Shown: one piece after another, positions 63,185-64,000 of the stretch
How positions within the stretch are numbered: the stretch's first letter is position 1
Layout of the letters: each line of letters opens with the position of its first letter
Source: the human T2T-CHM13v2.0 reference genome, Homo sapiens
Strand: one strand, 5' to 3'
Assembly (NCBI RefSeq): GCF_009914755.1
Contig: NC_060928.1
DNA length: 64,000 nucleotides
Program-made: the position numbers and the translations under genes
Notes under the pieces: model-generated
Seen by the model: only the letters and a program-made list of their open reading frames with translations
What the model was told of the DNA's origin: nothing
Databases searched by the model: none

Positions 63185-63844
63185 TGTAGACTAAAATTAA
63201 ATTCTAAGCCCCACCCAAATGACTGAATGAGTCATTTTTTGGAGAAGGGGACCCCAGAGTATCCTTGAAAACTGAGTTCTCAGCCATGATAGCATGGTGG
63301 GGTCAGACTATCCTCCCCTTGCTACCCATGATTAGGCTTTCTTCCCTAAGAGCTCAATAGGAACCGGCCCTTTCAAAAGACTCCACCACTGATCTCAACC
63401 AATCTCTGGATGCTGCTCCCCCCTTCTTGCCTGATAAGAAGCCACTGACCATGGACTGTTTCTGGCTAGTAAAGGGAGCATGCATAGGAAGGGTCCTGAT
63501 GTTCTCTGCTTCATCTTTTCACTTCAGAGAGCCAAAAACTTCACCCTGAGATCATAACCATTATTTGAACATGAAGCATGAAGCTCAAAAGCACTTGCAT
63601 ACGTTTTCCCTTTCATAAATATTCATGACTCCTATAGCTTACTGAATATGCATATTTGGCCACTCTGCTCAGCATAAATTTCTGTTCCCTTTTCCCCCCT
63701 CTCCAAGTATCTGTGGTTTCTGGCTGGAGGCTCTGCTTCTCAGCCTGTCAGCATGGTCACCCTGCTGGCTGTAGCCCTTTATAAGAAATAAAATCTTCTC
63801 TTCTCCTTCTCTAAATTTATAAATTGCATATTTTTAAGTTAACA
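63185..63844 (+). mobile_element. ERV1 solo LTR (MER39-like)
   Basis: tgtagactaaaattaaattctaagcccc...aaggggaccccagag...aaaactgagttc; AATAAA near 63787; ends aagttaaca. Confidence 0.8.
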
Positions 63845-64000
63845 AAAGATGGGGAAGTACACAGATGAGGCAGGTTTACTTTATTTTTTAATATTATATA
63901 GTGAAGAAAAGACATGGAAGCAAAGTTCTATTTTAAACTTGATAAGCTGGAGATGTCTGCTATGCTTCCAAGTAAAGATGTCAAGTAGACAGTTTCATCT

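Overview
AT-rich, repeat-dense non-coding DNA from a catarrhine primate, probably human or ape (AluJ/S/Y, L1PA/PB/MA/MC, MIR, L2, MaLR, ERVL and ERV1 LTRs, Tigger-family DNA elements). I found no credible protein-coding gene, structural RNA gene, CRISPR array or novel multi-gene system. The listed ORFs are fragments of L1 ORF2, Alu/LTR read-throughs or chance ORFs. The window reads as intergenic or deep intronic sequence. The best observations are: (1) a clean twin-primed 5'-inverted L1PA with a 15-bp TSD, and an apparent second, much older inverted L1M; (2) a truncated AluSc-like copy that looks young and has gained CpGs; (3) nested insertions, including an MLT2 LTR inside another MLT2 LTR that also carries an unexplained 131-bp insert; (4) a degenerate 77-bp trimer; (5) candidate non-coding exons and enhancer-like motif clusters in repeat-free stretches. 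Repeat subfamily names come from my recall of consensus sequences, not from a search, and boundaries of old elements are approximate.
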